The translations under genes and the position numbers were made by a program. Positions 1-8,831 of a stretch of DNA of 64,000 bases are shown piece after piece. The stretch comes from Dehalococcoidia bacterium (lineage in GTDB: Bacteria; Chloroflexota; Dehalococcoidia; Dehalococcoidales; RBG-16-60-22). Where the stretch lies: contig DUFB01000066.1 of NCBI GenBank assembly GCA_011192005.1, positions 583 to 64,582 on the forward strand, given 5' to 3'. Within the stretch, counting starts at the first letter, position 1. Each line of letters starts with the position of its first letter. The notes beneath the pieces were generated by a model. The model was not told the DNA's origin and ran no database searches. It saw only the letters and a list, made by a program, of their open reading frames with translations.

Positions 1-284
1 CCCGTGGCTTTTTCCACCAGCGGTTTGCCGGAGAGACGGTTCATGGATTCCACCCAGAGCCAGGCGTTGCGGTATGCCAGCTTCATGGACCTGGCCGCTG
101 CTGAGATAGAACCCAGTTCATCAATGCGTTCCAGCAATGTTGCCCGACCCCACCCCATGAGCAGCTTGCCATCCTTTTCCACCCAAACCTTGCTCCTGAT
201 AGTCAATCCGGATTCAGCCTCGTGACCCGAGCGGGAAAGGTGCTTGACTCCAAATTCCGGCACTTTCGATGGGGTCTTTTTCAT
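1..284 (-). CDS. ModE-type molybdate-responsive transcriptional regulator, N-terminal part (gene runs off left edge)
   Basis: Absent from the ORF track because there is no stop inside the window. Reverse-strand ATG at 284..282 is preceded by a GGGGGA SD. The translation MKKTPSKVPEFGVKHLSRSGHEAESGLTIRSKVWVEKDGKLLMGWGRATLLERIDELGSISAAARSMKLAYRNAWLWVESMNRLSGKPLVEKATG matches the ModE N-terminal winged-helix signature (GSIS.AA, SY..AW, MN.LS, LVE.ATGG). The + ORF 4..225 is its antisense shadow. Confidence 0.75.
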   Translation of the reverse strand, partial: MKKTPSKVPEFGVKHLSRSGHEAESGLTIRSKVWVEKDGKLLMGWGRATLLERIDELGSISAAARSMKLAYRNAWLWVESMNRLSGKPLVEKAT

Positions 285-315
285 TTTATCCCCCGAACAG
301 TGATTTTGAGATACA

Positions 316-335
316 TTATATTACCAGCAATATAA
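316..335. promoter_or_regulatory. Candidate ModE box: inverted repeat TTATATT-N6-AATATAA (right arm continues as AATATAACG)
   Basis: Perfect 7-bp arms at 316..322 and 329..335, about 32 nt upstream of the reverse-strand ModE-like start. It resembles the TATAT-containing, CG-flanked inverted repeat reported for ModE operators; this is recalled from the literature, not searched. Confidence 0.4.
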
Positions 336-390
336 CGTCATGTCAAATTCCACCCCTGTCCGCATCTATTACCAGCGATAAATTTTGGTT

Positions 391-431
391 TTGTGACTTT
401 TTTGTGACTTTTTCTTAACATTTTGTGACTT
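391..431 (+). repeat. Three direct copies of TTGTGACTT (391..399, 402..410, 423..431)
   Basis: Exact 9-mers with start-to-start spacing of 11 and 21 nt (helical phasing). They lie in the divergent intergenic region between the ModE-like gene and the HTH gene at 538. Confidence 0.7.
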
Positions 432-537
432 CTATGTAACCTCCCAAAATTATGATATGTGTAATATGCACACATCGTAAAAAATACAGAAAACAAACAC
501 GCTGGGGATTTAGTCCATCCCGGAGGAGCCCGGTTTC

Positions 538-762
538 TTGAAAAGAAACGAACGAAGTAATATCAGACTCACGACACGTGATATCGCTGAATATTGCCAG
601 GTGAGTAAGAGTACCGTCCTCGAATGGATAAAAAGCGGCAGACTCAAGGCTTTCAGCCTGCCCAGCGGACATTCCCGTATTGATAAAAAAGACTTCAGGG
701 AGTTTTTGGAAACATGGAACATTCCCATCAAAGGATGGTTATTCGAAGACGCAGAATCATAG
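538..762 (+). CDS. Small excisionase/MerR-superfamily HTH DNA-binding protein
   Basis: TTG start with GGAGGAG 9 nt upstream. LTTRDIAEYCQVSKSTVLEWIKSGRLKAFSLPSGHSRIDKKDFREFL is a typical excisionase-family HTH (HTH_17-like). Confidence 0.7.
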   Translation: MKRNERSNIRLTTRDIAEYCQVSKSTVLEWIKSGRLKAFSLPSGHSRIDKKDFREFLETWNIPIKGWLFEDAES

Positions 763-776
763 AAAGGAGGAACTTA

Positions 777-1079
777 ATGAAGACCTCAAACCTATGTGCA
801 GTTGAAACCAAGAGTCAAAAAATCCGGCATTCATCGCTGGAGAGGATGGATGCGATTGCATGTGGGGTACGCGCTCGATTCGAAGAAAGTACCGGCTACT
901 CTAAAAAGATATTGGAGACCACGATAAGAATTGCCAAAGCCCTCGGTGTACCTGAACAGGAAATAAACAGGTGGACGGCCAACCGGTCTAATCACGGAGC
1001 CAGCGAAGCGGAAAGGCTCAAGGAAATAAAAAATCTCCTGCAAAAATACTACGGTAACTCCCTGGGCATAACAGCGTAG
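777..1079 (+). CDS. Hypothetical protein (100 aa)
   Basis: ORF 714..1079. The internal ATG at 777 has a strong AAGGAGG SD 6 nt upstream and starts 15 nt after the HTH gene stop. No recognisable domain. Confidence 0.55.
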   Translation: MKTSNLCAVETKSQKIRHSSLERMDAIACGVRARFEESTGYSKKILETTIRIAKALGVPEQEINRWTANRSNHGASEAERLKEIKNLLQKYYGNSLGITA

Positions 1080-1301
1080 TACTAATCACTATTATAGAGC
1101 AATATCTCACAAACTGATCGAATAATATAAAACGACAGTGAAGATTACGAGTCGATTAAATAATCGGCTGTTTTTTTATAACTCTCCGCGACACACATCC
1201 GCCCCAATATGCGATAACTCTCCGGTCAATTCACACTAAATTTGCCGTACCTGCTGCTATATATAATATAATGTATATTAACATCAGGTACGGAGGGAAC
1301 G

Positions 1302-2924
1302 ATGCCCCGATTTAGCGGCGCCGAGGTTCTGGTAGCATCTCTGGCCAAAGAAGGTGTGGAGGTAATCTTCGGGATACCCGGCGTTCAGATAATGGACGCG
1401 GTTGATGCCATCTACCGCGATAAAAGCATCCGCTGGATATCAACCCGCCACGAACAGACGGCCGCCTACATGGCTTACGGATACGCCCGCACCACGGGTA
1501 AAATCGGGGTGGCCATGGTGCTGCCCGGTCCGGGGGCTCTCAATACCGCGGCAGCCATCGGCACCGCCTACACTGCCTCGACACCCGTTTTATTGATATC
1601 GGGACAGATAGAAAGCTACCACCTGGGTTTTCACCGGGGAGTACTCCACGAACTGGACGAACAGACCGATATTTTCCGCCACCTGACCAAATGGAGCGGA
1701 CGCGCCATGAAAGTGGAGGATATCCCCACCCTGCTGCAGGAGGCATTGGCCCGACTGAAGAGCGACCGGCCCCGTCCCGTAGAGATAGAGGTCCCTTATG
1801 ACCTGTGGGCGGACAAAGCAGAAATGTCCCCGGTAGCTGCCCGGACAGGCTTACCAAAGCAGCCGACACCTGAGGAAATCAGGCGGGCAGTCGAAATGAT
1901 GAAAAGCGCGAAACGCCCGCTGATTCTGGCCGGCGGTGGCGCCGCCAAAGCCGGAATCTCCGCGGAAATCACGCAGGCAGCCGAACGCCTGAACGCACCG
2001 GTGGTCATGACGACCGAGGGCCAGGGTTCCATCCACTGCGAGCACCCGTTGTGCGCGGGGAATTTTACCCTCTGGCTCAATCCCGTCTTTAAAGAAGCCG
2101 ACCTCATACTTGTGCTGGGTAGCCGTTTGCGGGCATCGGGTAACACGCGGCTGGAATTGAAGCCTGACCAGAAGGTTATCCAGATAGACCACGACCCCGA
2201 TGAGCTGGGACGCAACCACCGCATCGACCTAGGGATTAAAGCCGATGTCCGCGCCGCTTTAGATGCCCTTATGCGGGAAACCGGTTCCTCTTCGGCCAGC
2301 CGGTGGCAGTCTGAAGAAATATCCAGAATAAGGAAGGATCTCAGAAATCGACTGGAAAAGACCGCCCCGTTGCAGATGTCCGTCGTCAGGTCCATCCGCA
2401 GCGTGCTCACCGATGACGATATCGTCGTGCCGGATATTACCAACATCGGCTACTGGTGCGACATCGCCTACCCGGTGAACAGGTCAGGCACCTACATCGA
2501 TTCTTCATACTTCGGTACTCTCGGCTTCGCCTTTCCCACCGCTCTGGGTGCCAAGATTGGCAATCCGGGCAGAAACGTGGTGGCAATATGCGGCGACGGA
2601 GGATTCCCCTACGCCGGAATGGAACTGGCCACGGCGGTCCAGGAGAAAATAAACGTAATCACCCTGCTCTTTTCAGATAATGCCTACGGTACGGTAACCA
2701 GCATCCAGCGCCGACAATTTGGCGGGAGGTTCATCGGTAATAAGCTGCATAATCCTGATTATGTCAAATTTGCCGAGTCATTCGGCGCTGTTGGCATCAG
2801 ATTATCAGGTCACGAGGAGCTCGGAGACGCACTTAGGTCAGCGTTGGGAGCAAACCGCCCGGTGCTCATTGAGACACCGGTGCCATTGCTGGACACGCCG
2901 TGGGACGCCCTGATGGAGCAATAA
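1302..2924 (+). CDS. Thiamine-pyrophosphate enzyme of the acetolactate synthase / sulfoacetaldehyde acetyltransferase superfamily
   Basis: 540 aa. The N-terminal TPP-pyrimidine domain (GIPG..., RHEQTAAYMAYGYAR, LPGPGALN), the central domain and the C-terminal GDGGF...N TPP/Mg motif (CGDGGFPYAGMELATAVQEKINVITLLFSDNAYG) are all present. Confidence 0.85.
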   Translation: MPRFSGAEVLVASLAKEGVEVIFGIPGVQIMDAVDAIYRDKSIRWISTRHEQTAAYMAYGYARTTGKIGVAMVLPGPGALNTAAAIGTAYTASTPVLLISGQIESYHLGFHRGVLHELDEQTDIFRHLTKWSGRAMKVEDIPTLLQEALARLKSDRPRPVEIEVPYDLWADKAEMSPVAARTGLPKQPTPEEIRRAVEMMKSAKRPLILAGGGAAKAGISAEITQAAERLNAPVVMTTEGQGSIHCEHPLCAGNFTLWLNPVFKEADLILVLGSRLRASGNTRLELKPDQKVIQIDHDPDELGRNHRIDLGIKADVRAALDALMRETGSSSASRWQSEEISRIRKDLRNRLEKTAPLQMSVVRSIRSVLTDDDIVVPDITNIGYWCDIAYPVNRSGTYIDSSYFGTLGFAFPTALGAKIGNPGRNVVAICGDGGFPYAGMELATAVQEKINVITLLFSDNAYGTVTSIQRRQFGGRFIGNKLHNPDYVKFAESFGAVGIRLSGHEELGDALRSALGANRPVLIETPVPLLDTPWDALMEQ

Positions 2925-2977
2925 ACAATTACGGCTTCTCCTTTTTACCCCCTATCCTACCCTGGCATCTCTCCAAT

Positions 2978-3038
2978 ATCACGTGATGTTTTAGATCCTC
3001 ATGGGTGCTAACCCTTAATCAATTTAGGTGATATCACC
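2978..3038. promoter_or_regulatory. Two perfect palindromes built from one half-site: ATCAC|GTGAT (2978..2987) and GGTGAT|ATCACC (3027..3038)
   Basis: Read directly from the sequence. Their centres are 50 bp apart, in the 226-nt gap upstream of the HTH gene at 3151. Confidence 0.45.
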
Positions 3039-3150
3039 CTGTTAGCTTTTACCCGTAAGTATTAACATCTTCAAATAAATCAAGGTATATCAACCTGTGT
3101 CAAACCGTGGCAAACAGGACCAAGTCGTTGGGAGTGGATAAGCAAAAATT

Positions 3151-3372
3151 ATGCCGGTAACACTGGGTAATAGAACATTCTACCGTACATCTGAAGTATG
3201 CAGGATGGTCAACATCAGCCGAAGTACCCTTTTACGCTGGCTGAAAGATGATTATCTGAAAATCAGCGAGTATCGCGACAGGAGACGCTGGCGACTTTTT
3301 ACAAAAGACGACGTGGACAAACTCATTAACGAAGCCAACAGGATATACCGGGCTGGCGGGGAACAGAACTGA
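3151..3372 (+). CDS. Small MerR/excisionase-type HTH DNA-binding protein
   Basis: YRTSEVCRMVNISRSTLLRWLKDDYL...RRWRLFTKDDVDKL is a MerR-like HTH. Its stop overlaps the next start (TGATG at 3370..3374). Confidence 0.7.
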   Translation: MPVTLGNRTFYRTSEVCRMVNISRSTLLRWLKDDYLKISEYRDRRRWRLFTKDDVDKLINEANRIYRAGGEQN

Positions 3373-4439
3373 TGACTACCAATCAAACGAATAAAAATCC
3401 CGACAACGATAAAATTATAGACAACAGCCATAATTTACTGCTTGAAGCCCGGGAAAACGCCATTAATGCCAGGGAAACAGCCAGGGAAGCGATGAGCCGG
3501 GTCGGCGGGAAGAGAAATTCCATGAAAAACTTCGATGAAACCCTGGTTCAAATCCTCGACGAAGCGGAACGGAGGGTTCGAATAAGTAATGCCAGAAAGC
3601 AGAAAGCCGTTTCCGAACCAGCTGACGGCTCATTTCCCGATGAACCCATCGACATATATCCGGAGATAAAAAGAAAAACGGCCAATCCCGAGATGAGCGG
3701 GAGTCAGCAGATTATACAGCTTATTCACGACCTGACCGAGGAAAAGGCTCAGGTAAAAACAGAGCAATTAAACGAAGAAACCAGAATCTATAAAGTCCAG
3801 GCACAGCAAGCCCTGGATGAATTTGAGGCGGTGAAAAAAGCCGCTGATAATTCCATCAGGTTGGCTCAAGAAGAAGCCAGCAGGTACAGGAAAGAAGCCG
3901 AAAAAGCCAGCGATGACGCCCGACTAGCCATTTCCCTTGCTCGGGAAAGGGTTAAGATGGCGTCCGAAGAGATAAAGGAGATTCAACAACAGGCCTCAGT
4001 CGATACAAACAGAGCCAGAGCCGAAATCCTTAAAGCAAAAGAGGAAGCTGAAACAGCCCGACACGAAAGCCGTAAAGCCATCAGTCGCGCCGAAGCTGAA
4101 AGCCAGAAAGCCCGGGAAGAGGCCGAGATTGCTAAAAGGACCGCCGCCGAGATTATACACAAAGCCCGGGAAGAGAGTCGGAAAATAAAGGAAGAAACAG
4201 AAACCGGCTATAAACCGTACGTCACCACCGATAACCAGTACCGTGATTTACTGGATAGATTGACGGAAATGCATAATCCTTTGCATTCCATATCAGGGTT
4301 CGCCAGGATGATTCTGGATGATAATATCTGCGACGCGGTTGCCGAGAAAGAATTCGTCAGAACAATTTTACAGCAAAGTGAAAACCTCAAGCTTCAGCTG
4401 GATAATATCCACCGTTTGTTAAAGGTAAATCCTAGATAA
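3372..4439 (+). CDS. Coiled-coil protein with a C-terminal histidine-kinase DHp (HisKA-like) domain and no ATPase domain
   Basis: About 280 aa of charged heptad-like sequence (EAETARHESRKAISRAEAESQKAREEAEIAKR). It is followed by an H-box-like DLLDRLTEMHNPLHSISGFARMILDD...FVRTILQQSENLKLQLDNIHRLLK. The protein ends about 60 aa after the His, and no N/G1/G2 boxes are present. Confidence 0.6.
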   Translation: MTTNQTNKNPDNDKIIDNSHNLLLEARENAINARETAREAMSRVGGKRNSMKNFDETLVQILDEAERRVRISNARKQKAVSEPADGSFPDEPIDIYPEIKRKTANPEMSGSQQIIQLIHDLTEEKAQVKTEQLNEETRIYKVQAQQALDEFEAVKKAADNSIRLAQEEASRYRKEAEKASDDARLAISLARERVKMASEEIKEIQQQASVDTNRARAEILKAKEEAETARHESRKAISRAEAESQKAREEAEIAKRTAAEIIHKAREESRKIKEETETGYKPYVTTDNQYRDLLDRLTEMHNPLHSISGFARMILDDNICDAVAEKEFVRTILQQSENLKLQLDNIHRLLKVNPR

Positions 4440-4752
4440 CTTACCGATTGCTTCATCCACCAAACCCTCCTTTTTGTCTGTTAAATCCCTGAATTACACC
4501 CAATCGTAATATTTCTATGATATTATTTAGAAATTTGTCTCCTTTTCTGTTGCATTCTGTTTTACGATATGTTAAATTTACCAATAAATATTGCTCAGGC
4601 ACGACGCTGGCAATATTTGTGCATAAGTTACTCAAGAAGATTAACCTTTCTTAAAGAGAGAAAAAAATTATCAAACTTGGGAGAGGGGGTGAGATATGAC
4701 CTAGATGTCCATATTATTACATCTTTCCAAAATACGAGTGAGGAGGACACAT

Positions 4753-6090
4753 TTGAAAAAGAGACTATTAATCATACTAATCGGAATCTGTGTAGTTGCC
4801 ATGATGGCAGCTCCGCTGATAATGACCGGATGTGGTGAAGAGAAAGAAACCACTGCACCTACAACCCAGCCTACAACCACGGTACCCGAGGGAAAGCCCG
4901 CCGACTACTATACCAAAGAATACATCCTTATTGGCGCGTCCAGGCCTCTCTCCGGTGCAAACGCGCCTATCGGAGACGCGGCATATGGGCCAGTCATGAA
5001 GATGTGGGAGGAAAAGGTTAATGCCGATGGCGGGATATTCGTGGCAGACTACGACAGGAAATTGCCCATAAAGTTCATCATATATGATGATGCCACAGAC
5101 ATAGGCACCATGGTAAGGCTGACGGAAAAACTGATATTGGAAGACGAGGTTGATCTTCTTTTCTCGGCTTGTGGTACCGCTTTCATTTCTGCTCAAGCTC
5201 CCATTGCTAATAAGTACAGTAAGTTACTTATCACTGCCGAGGGTGGCGCCACAACGATGAGGGAGTCACTTCCCGGTCTGCCCTACGTATTTGTCTCCCT
5301 GCCTTTCTCCGACCATTATCAGTTACCTGTTTTCGCTGACATGTGTGCCGCTAAAGGCGCCAAGACCGCTTATATAATCTCCATTGCGGACCTTCACGGC
5401 GTGGAATATGGCGGTGTAGCGAATATGGAATTCGGCAGGGTCGGAATCGACGTAATCGCTAATAAATCCGTTCCAATAACTTATACAGATTTCTCGCTCC
5501 TGGTTAAGGAAGCCAAGGCAGCTGACCCCGATGTATTTTGCGTTTTTGCATATCCCCCGATAGTCCTTCCGGTTACCGGTGAGATGATGGCAATCGGCTT
5601 TAACCCGCCGGCTGTTATCATGGGCCCCGGAGCTAATTTCGGCTTTTATGGCCTATCGTTCGGCGGCGATCCCTTAGTAGTAGAGGGAGTAACCTGTTTT
5701 GCCGCTGCTAACAGCAAGACATCTCCCGAATTTGCCGAGGCATTTGCTGCCCTGGAGGAACTCGTTGGCTGGGCAAACCTGGACTGGTGGGGAGCTCCGT
5801 ACTACCTGCCGCTGGTGGAAATCATTGAGCAGGCTATCGTGGCGACCGGAACCCTTGATAACGACGTGCTAAGGGATTACATAGCTACGCACCATTTCGA
5901 TACCATTCTAGGTGATACCTATTTCGAGATGTTCGGTGAAGGTGGCGGACTTATGGTCAAGGAAACCCATCCCGGTGAGATCGGACAGTGGCAGAACGGG
6001 ATAGTTGAAATCGTTGGAGGCGGTGATTGGCCAGCTGTAGTACTCACGTCAGAGTGGGTCTATCCCAAGCCAGATTGGCCAGCGCCCTAG
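4753..6090 (+). CDS. Branched-chain amino acid (LIV) family ABC substrate-binding lipoprotein
   Basis: ORF 4705..6090. The TTG at 4753 follows a GAGGAGGA SD and gives the signal peptide KKRLLIILIGICVVAMMAAPLIMTG-C (lipobox) plus a Thr/Pro linker. The body is LivJ/LivK-like and is followed by livHMGF. Confidence 0.8.
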   Translation: MKKRLLIILIGICVVAMMAAPLIMTGCGEEKETTAPTTQPTTTVPEGKPADYYTKEYILIGASRPLSGANAPIGDAAYGPVMKMWEEKVNADGGIFVADYDRKLPIKFIIYDDATDIGTMVRLTEKLILEDEVDLLFSACGTAFISAQAPIANKYSKLLITAEGGATTMRESLPGLPYVFVSLPFSDHYQLPVFADMCAAKGAKTAYIISIADLHGVEYGGVANMEFGRVGIDVIANKSVPITYTDFSLLVKEAKAADPDVFCVFAYPPIVLPVTGEMMAIGFNPPAVIMGPGANFGFYGLSFGGDPLVVEGVTCFAAANSKTSPEFAEAFAALEELVGWANLDWWGAPYYLPLVEIIEQAIVATGTLDNDVLRDYIATHHFDTILGDTYFEMFGEGGGLMVKETHPGEIGQWQNGIVEIVGGGDWPAVVLTSEWVYPKPDWPAP

Positions 6091-6144
6091 TAGTTCAAAG
6101 ATAATTGTAAGATAGAGTAGTATATATTTGCTTGATTATTAATT

Positions 6145-6223
6145 GCAGGCTGTCTAAAGGGTGTGCAACGATCCTGAAGGATGGTTGTTCCGTAGAAGAC
6201 TCTGCGCCCGGTAGACAGCCTGC
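6145..6223 (+). other. Large intercistronic hairpin between the SBP and permease genes
   Basis: Perfect 12-bp outer stem GCAGGCTGTCTA (6145..6156) / TAGACAGCCTGC (6212..6223). It encloses an inner 9-bp stem with one mismatch (6166..6174 / 6179..6187). Confidence 0.6.
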
Positions 6224-6256
6224 GTCAGTGTTTGACGAGTTTAGAAAGCTAACATT

Positions 6257-7135
6257 ATGCCTGAAAGCATTGTAAATATCCTAGATATAGCAATCGGCGG
6301 TTTGCTGCTGGGTGGTATTTACGCTCTGATTGCGATGGGCATGAGCCTGCAGTACGGTGTGGCCCGAGTGCTGAATTTTTCTCACGGCGAATTCATTATG
6401 GTCGGGGCTTTCAGCACCTTGACGCTTTACACCGTGGTGGGCATCAACCCGCTTATATGTCTTGTTATTATTGGTCCTGTTATATTCCTGATAGGTTTTC
6501 TGCTTCATCGGACTCTATTCCACCAACTCAGCCTAAGGGCGCCGAATGCTGATGCCTATGCGGCCAGTTCTATATTGGCTTCTTTTGGGCTGCTTTTCAT
6601 CATCCAGAATCTGGCATTGCTGGGGTGGGGAGCCGACTATCAGGCATACACTTATTTAAATTTTGGTGTCAGTATCGGAGGAGCTATATTCAGTGCCAAC
6701 AAGCTGGTGATCCTCGGTTTCTCTATAGGAATAGGTTTAATTTTCTACATATTTTTAGCCCGTACACGTACAGGAAAGGGTATCCGGGCAGCCGCGCAAG
6801 ATCCGGCAACTGCCAGCCTGATGGGGGTAAATATTAACCGCGTGCTGGCTTTGTGTTTCGGCTTCGGTGCGGCGATGGCCGGTATAGCCGGTGTACTTTA
6901 CAGCATGCGTATACCCCTCAATCCAGCTATGGGTACTCAATACACCATCATTGCCATCATAGTTATCGTATTAGGCGGGCTGGGCAGTATCCCCGGGGCT
7001 TTTATCGGGGGTCTTATACTGGGTATTATAGGCGAAGTAGTAACTTCTATAGATCCGAGTTTATCAATGGCTGCCTACTATTTCATTTTCATGCTCCTGC
7101 TACTGGTGAGACCGAAAGGTATTTTTGGAAAGTAA
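6257..7135 (+). CDS. livH: Branched-chain amino acid ABC transporter permease (LivH family)
   Basis: 292-aa polytopic membrane protein with LivH-like sequence, in operon context. Confidence 0.85.
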   Translation: MPESIVNILDIAIGGLLLGGIYALIAMGMSLQYGVARVLNFSHGEFIMVGAFSTLTLYTVVGINPLICLVIIGPVIFLIGFLLHRTLFHQLSLRAPNADAYAASSILASFGLLFIIQNLALLGWGADYQAYTYLNFGVSIGGAIFSANKLVILGFSIGIGLIFYIFLARTRTGKGIRAAAQDPATASLMGVNINRVLALCFGFGAAMAGIAGVLYSMRIPLNPAMGTQYTIIAIIVIVLGGLGSIPGAFIGGLILGIIGEVVTSIDPSLSMAAYYFIFMLLLLVRPKGIFGK

Positions 7136-7138
7136 AGT

Positions 7139-8104
7139 ATGGATACTACCAGATTTAAATCCAAAGGTTTTTATATACCAGGAATAATCACCCTCATTAT
7201 ATTCGCCGGGTTGGTTACCCTGCCCCTCTTCGGCTCGCTTTATAATGTCATACTAATAACAACCCTCCTGATGTATGCTAACCTTACGGTGAGCTGGGTA
7301 CTTTTTTCCGGTCTTACCGGCTATATGTCACTAGCTACGGCTGCCTTCTTCGGGGTCGGTATCTACGCTTCAGCCCTGTTTCTGCCGATTACAGGAGCGG
7401 AACTTCCGATACTGGTGGTAGTCCTTATAGGCGGTCTGGCAAGCAGTATAATCGCCTTTGGCGCTGGCGCCCTAACTCTGAGGCTGAGGGGGATATATTT
7501 TACCATTTTCACCTTCGGACTCGTTGTACTCATAATGGAGCTTCTCAACTGGTGGGAGCTTTCTGTAAACAAAATACTTAATCGATACATCATGCTGGTG
7601 GATAACAACTATATTTTTTACGTCATGCTGGGTCTTTTTGTCCTGGTAATGCTCACCTTCTTTTTTATTCGACGGTCTAAATTCGGTTTAGCCATGCGTA
7701 GTATCGGGGAGAATGAAGAAGCCGCGTCCCACATGGGAATTAACGTCACCATGGTTAAGATTGTTACTTTCGCTATCAGCGCTTTCTTTATGGGGGCAAC
7801 CGGGGCAATCTGGGCTACCAAATTATCATATATTAATCCGCATGAAGCCTTTAAAGTGCTCATCTCTTTCCTTCCGGTCCTTATGGCAATCTTCGGCGGT
7901 ATGGGGCATATTTACGGTCCAGTAATAGGCGCCGTTATTTTTGCCTACCTGCAAGAAACGCTACAAACCAAGTTCTCCGAAATCTATATGCTCTCATTCG
8001 GAGTTGTATTAGTGCTGGCTATTCTATACATGCCCCACGGTCTTGTAGGACTTATACAGAAGGTCTGGAGGCGAATATCGGGAGGTAAACGTGTACATAC
8101 TTGA
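7139..8104 (+). CDS. livM: Branched-chain amino acid ABC transporter permease (LivM family)
   Basis: 321-aa polytopic membrane protein, LivM-like. It lies 4 nt after livH and overlaps the next gene. Confidence 0.85.
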   Translation: MDTTRFKSKGFYIPGIITLIIFAGLVTLPLFGSLYNVILITTLLMYANLTVSWVLFSGLTGYMSLATAAFFGVGIYASALFLPITGAELPILVVVLIGGLASSIIAFGAGALTLRLRGIYFTIFTFGLVVLIMELLNWWELSVNKILNRYIMLVDNNYIFYVMLGLFVLVMLTFFFIRRSKFGLAMRSIGENEEAASHMGINVTMVKIVTFAISAFFMGATGAIWATKLSYINPHEAFKVLISFLPVLMAIFGGMGHIYGPVIGAVIFAYLQETLQTKFSEIYMLSFGVVLVLAILYMPHGLVGLIQKVWRRISGGKRVHT

Positions 8105-8831
8105 AGGTGAAGGAGTTACCAAGTACTTCGGGGGTCTGGCAGCCGTTGACGGTGTCGATTTCCGTGTTGACCAGGGTGAAGTTGTTGGTTTGATCGGTCC
8201 TAACGGCGCCGGTAAAACAACGCTCTTCAATCTGATATCGGCGACATACTCCCCCAAACCTGGGATAATTCGCTTCAAAGATATAGACATTACCCACAAG
8301 AAACCGTATCAAATCTGCCGTATGGGTATAGCCAGAACGTTTCAGATGGTTAAAATCTTCGGAAACCTCCCGGTAATAGAAAACGTACGCGCCGGGGCAT
8401 TTTTCGGTAAGTCGACATCTGTTTCCTCTGCCAATGCTACCAAGGATTCTTTAGAGCTGCTGGAATATATGGGCTTGTCACAGGTTGCCAATACACCAGC
8501 CAGGGACCTTACGCTGGCTAACCAGAAGCGGTTAGAGGTAGCCCGGGCCCTGGCAACCAAACCCGAACTGCTTCTTCTCGACGAGATGATGGCCGGCCTG
8601 AACCAGGCTGAGGTCGCCGGGGCAATGCAGCTGATTACAAGTATCAAAGACAGGGGAATCACCATTGTCATGATTGAGCATGTTATGAAAGCCATCATGA
8701 ACGTATGTGACCGCATTATCGTCCTTCATCACGGTAAGAAGATTGCCGAAGGAACGCCGCAAGAAATCGCCACTAGCGAAAGTGTCATAGAAGTCTACCT
8801 GGGGGAGGATCACCATGCTGGAAGTGAGTAA
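8091..8831 (+). CDS. livG: Branched-chain amino acid ABC transporter ATP-binding protein (LivG family)
   Basis: GTG start after a GGGAGG SD. Walker A GPNGAGKTT, signature LANQKRLEVARAL, Walker B LLLLDE. Confidence 0.9.
   Translation: MYILEGEGVTKYFGGLAAVDGVDFRVDQGEVVGLIGPNGAGKTTLFNLISATYSPKPGIIRFKDIDITHKKPYQICRMGIARTFQMVKIFGNLPVIENVRAGAFFGKSTSVSSANATKDSLELLEYMGLSQVANTPARDLTLANQKRLEVARALATKPELLLLDEMMAGLNQAEVAGAMQLITSIKDRGITIVMIEHVMKAIMNVCDRIIVLHHGKKIAEGTPQEIATSESVIEVYLGEDHHAGSE

Noticed and set aside
1796-2446. Long antisense ORFs inside well-supported genes. Examples: 1796..2446(-), 13606..13956(-), 32746..33204(-), 41813..42469(-), 44576..45181(-), 53885..54520(-), 50245..50835(+).
   Set aside because: Each lies entirely within, and opposite to or out of frame with, a CDS that has clear family signatures. 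Their translations are low-complexity (Ser/Pro/Arg-rich) shadows typical of GC-biased third positions.
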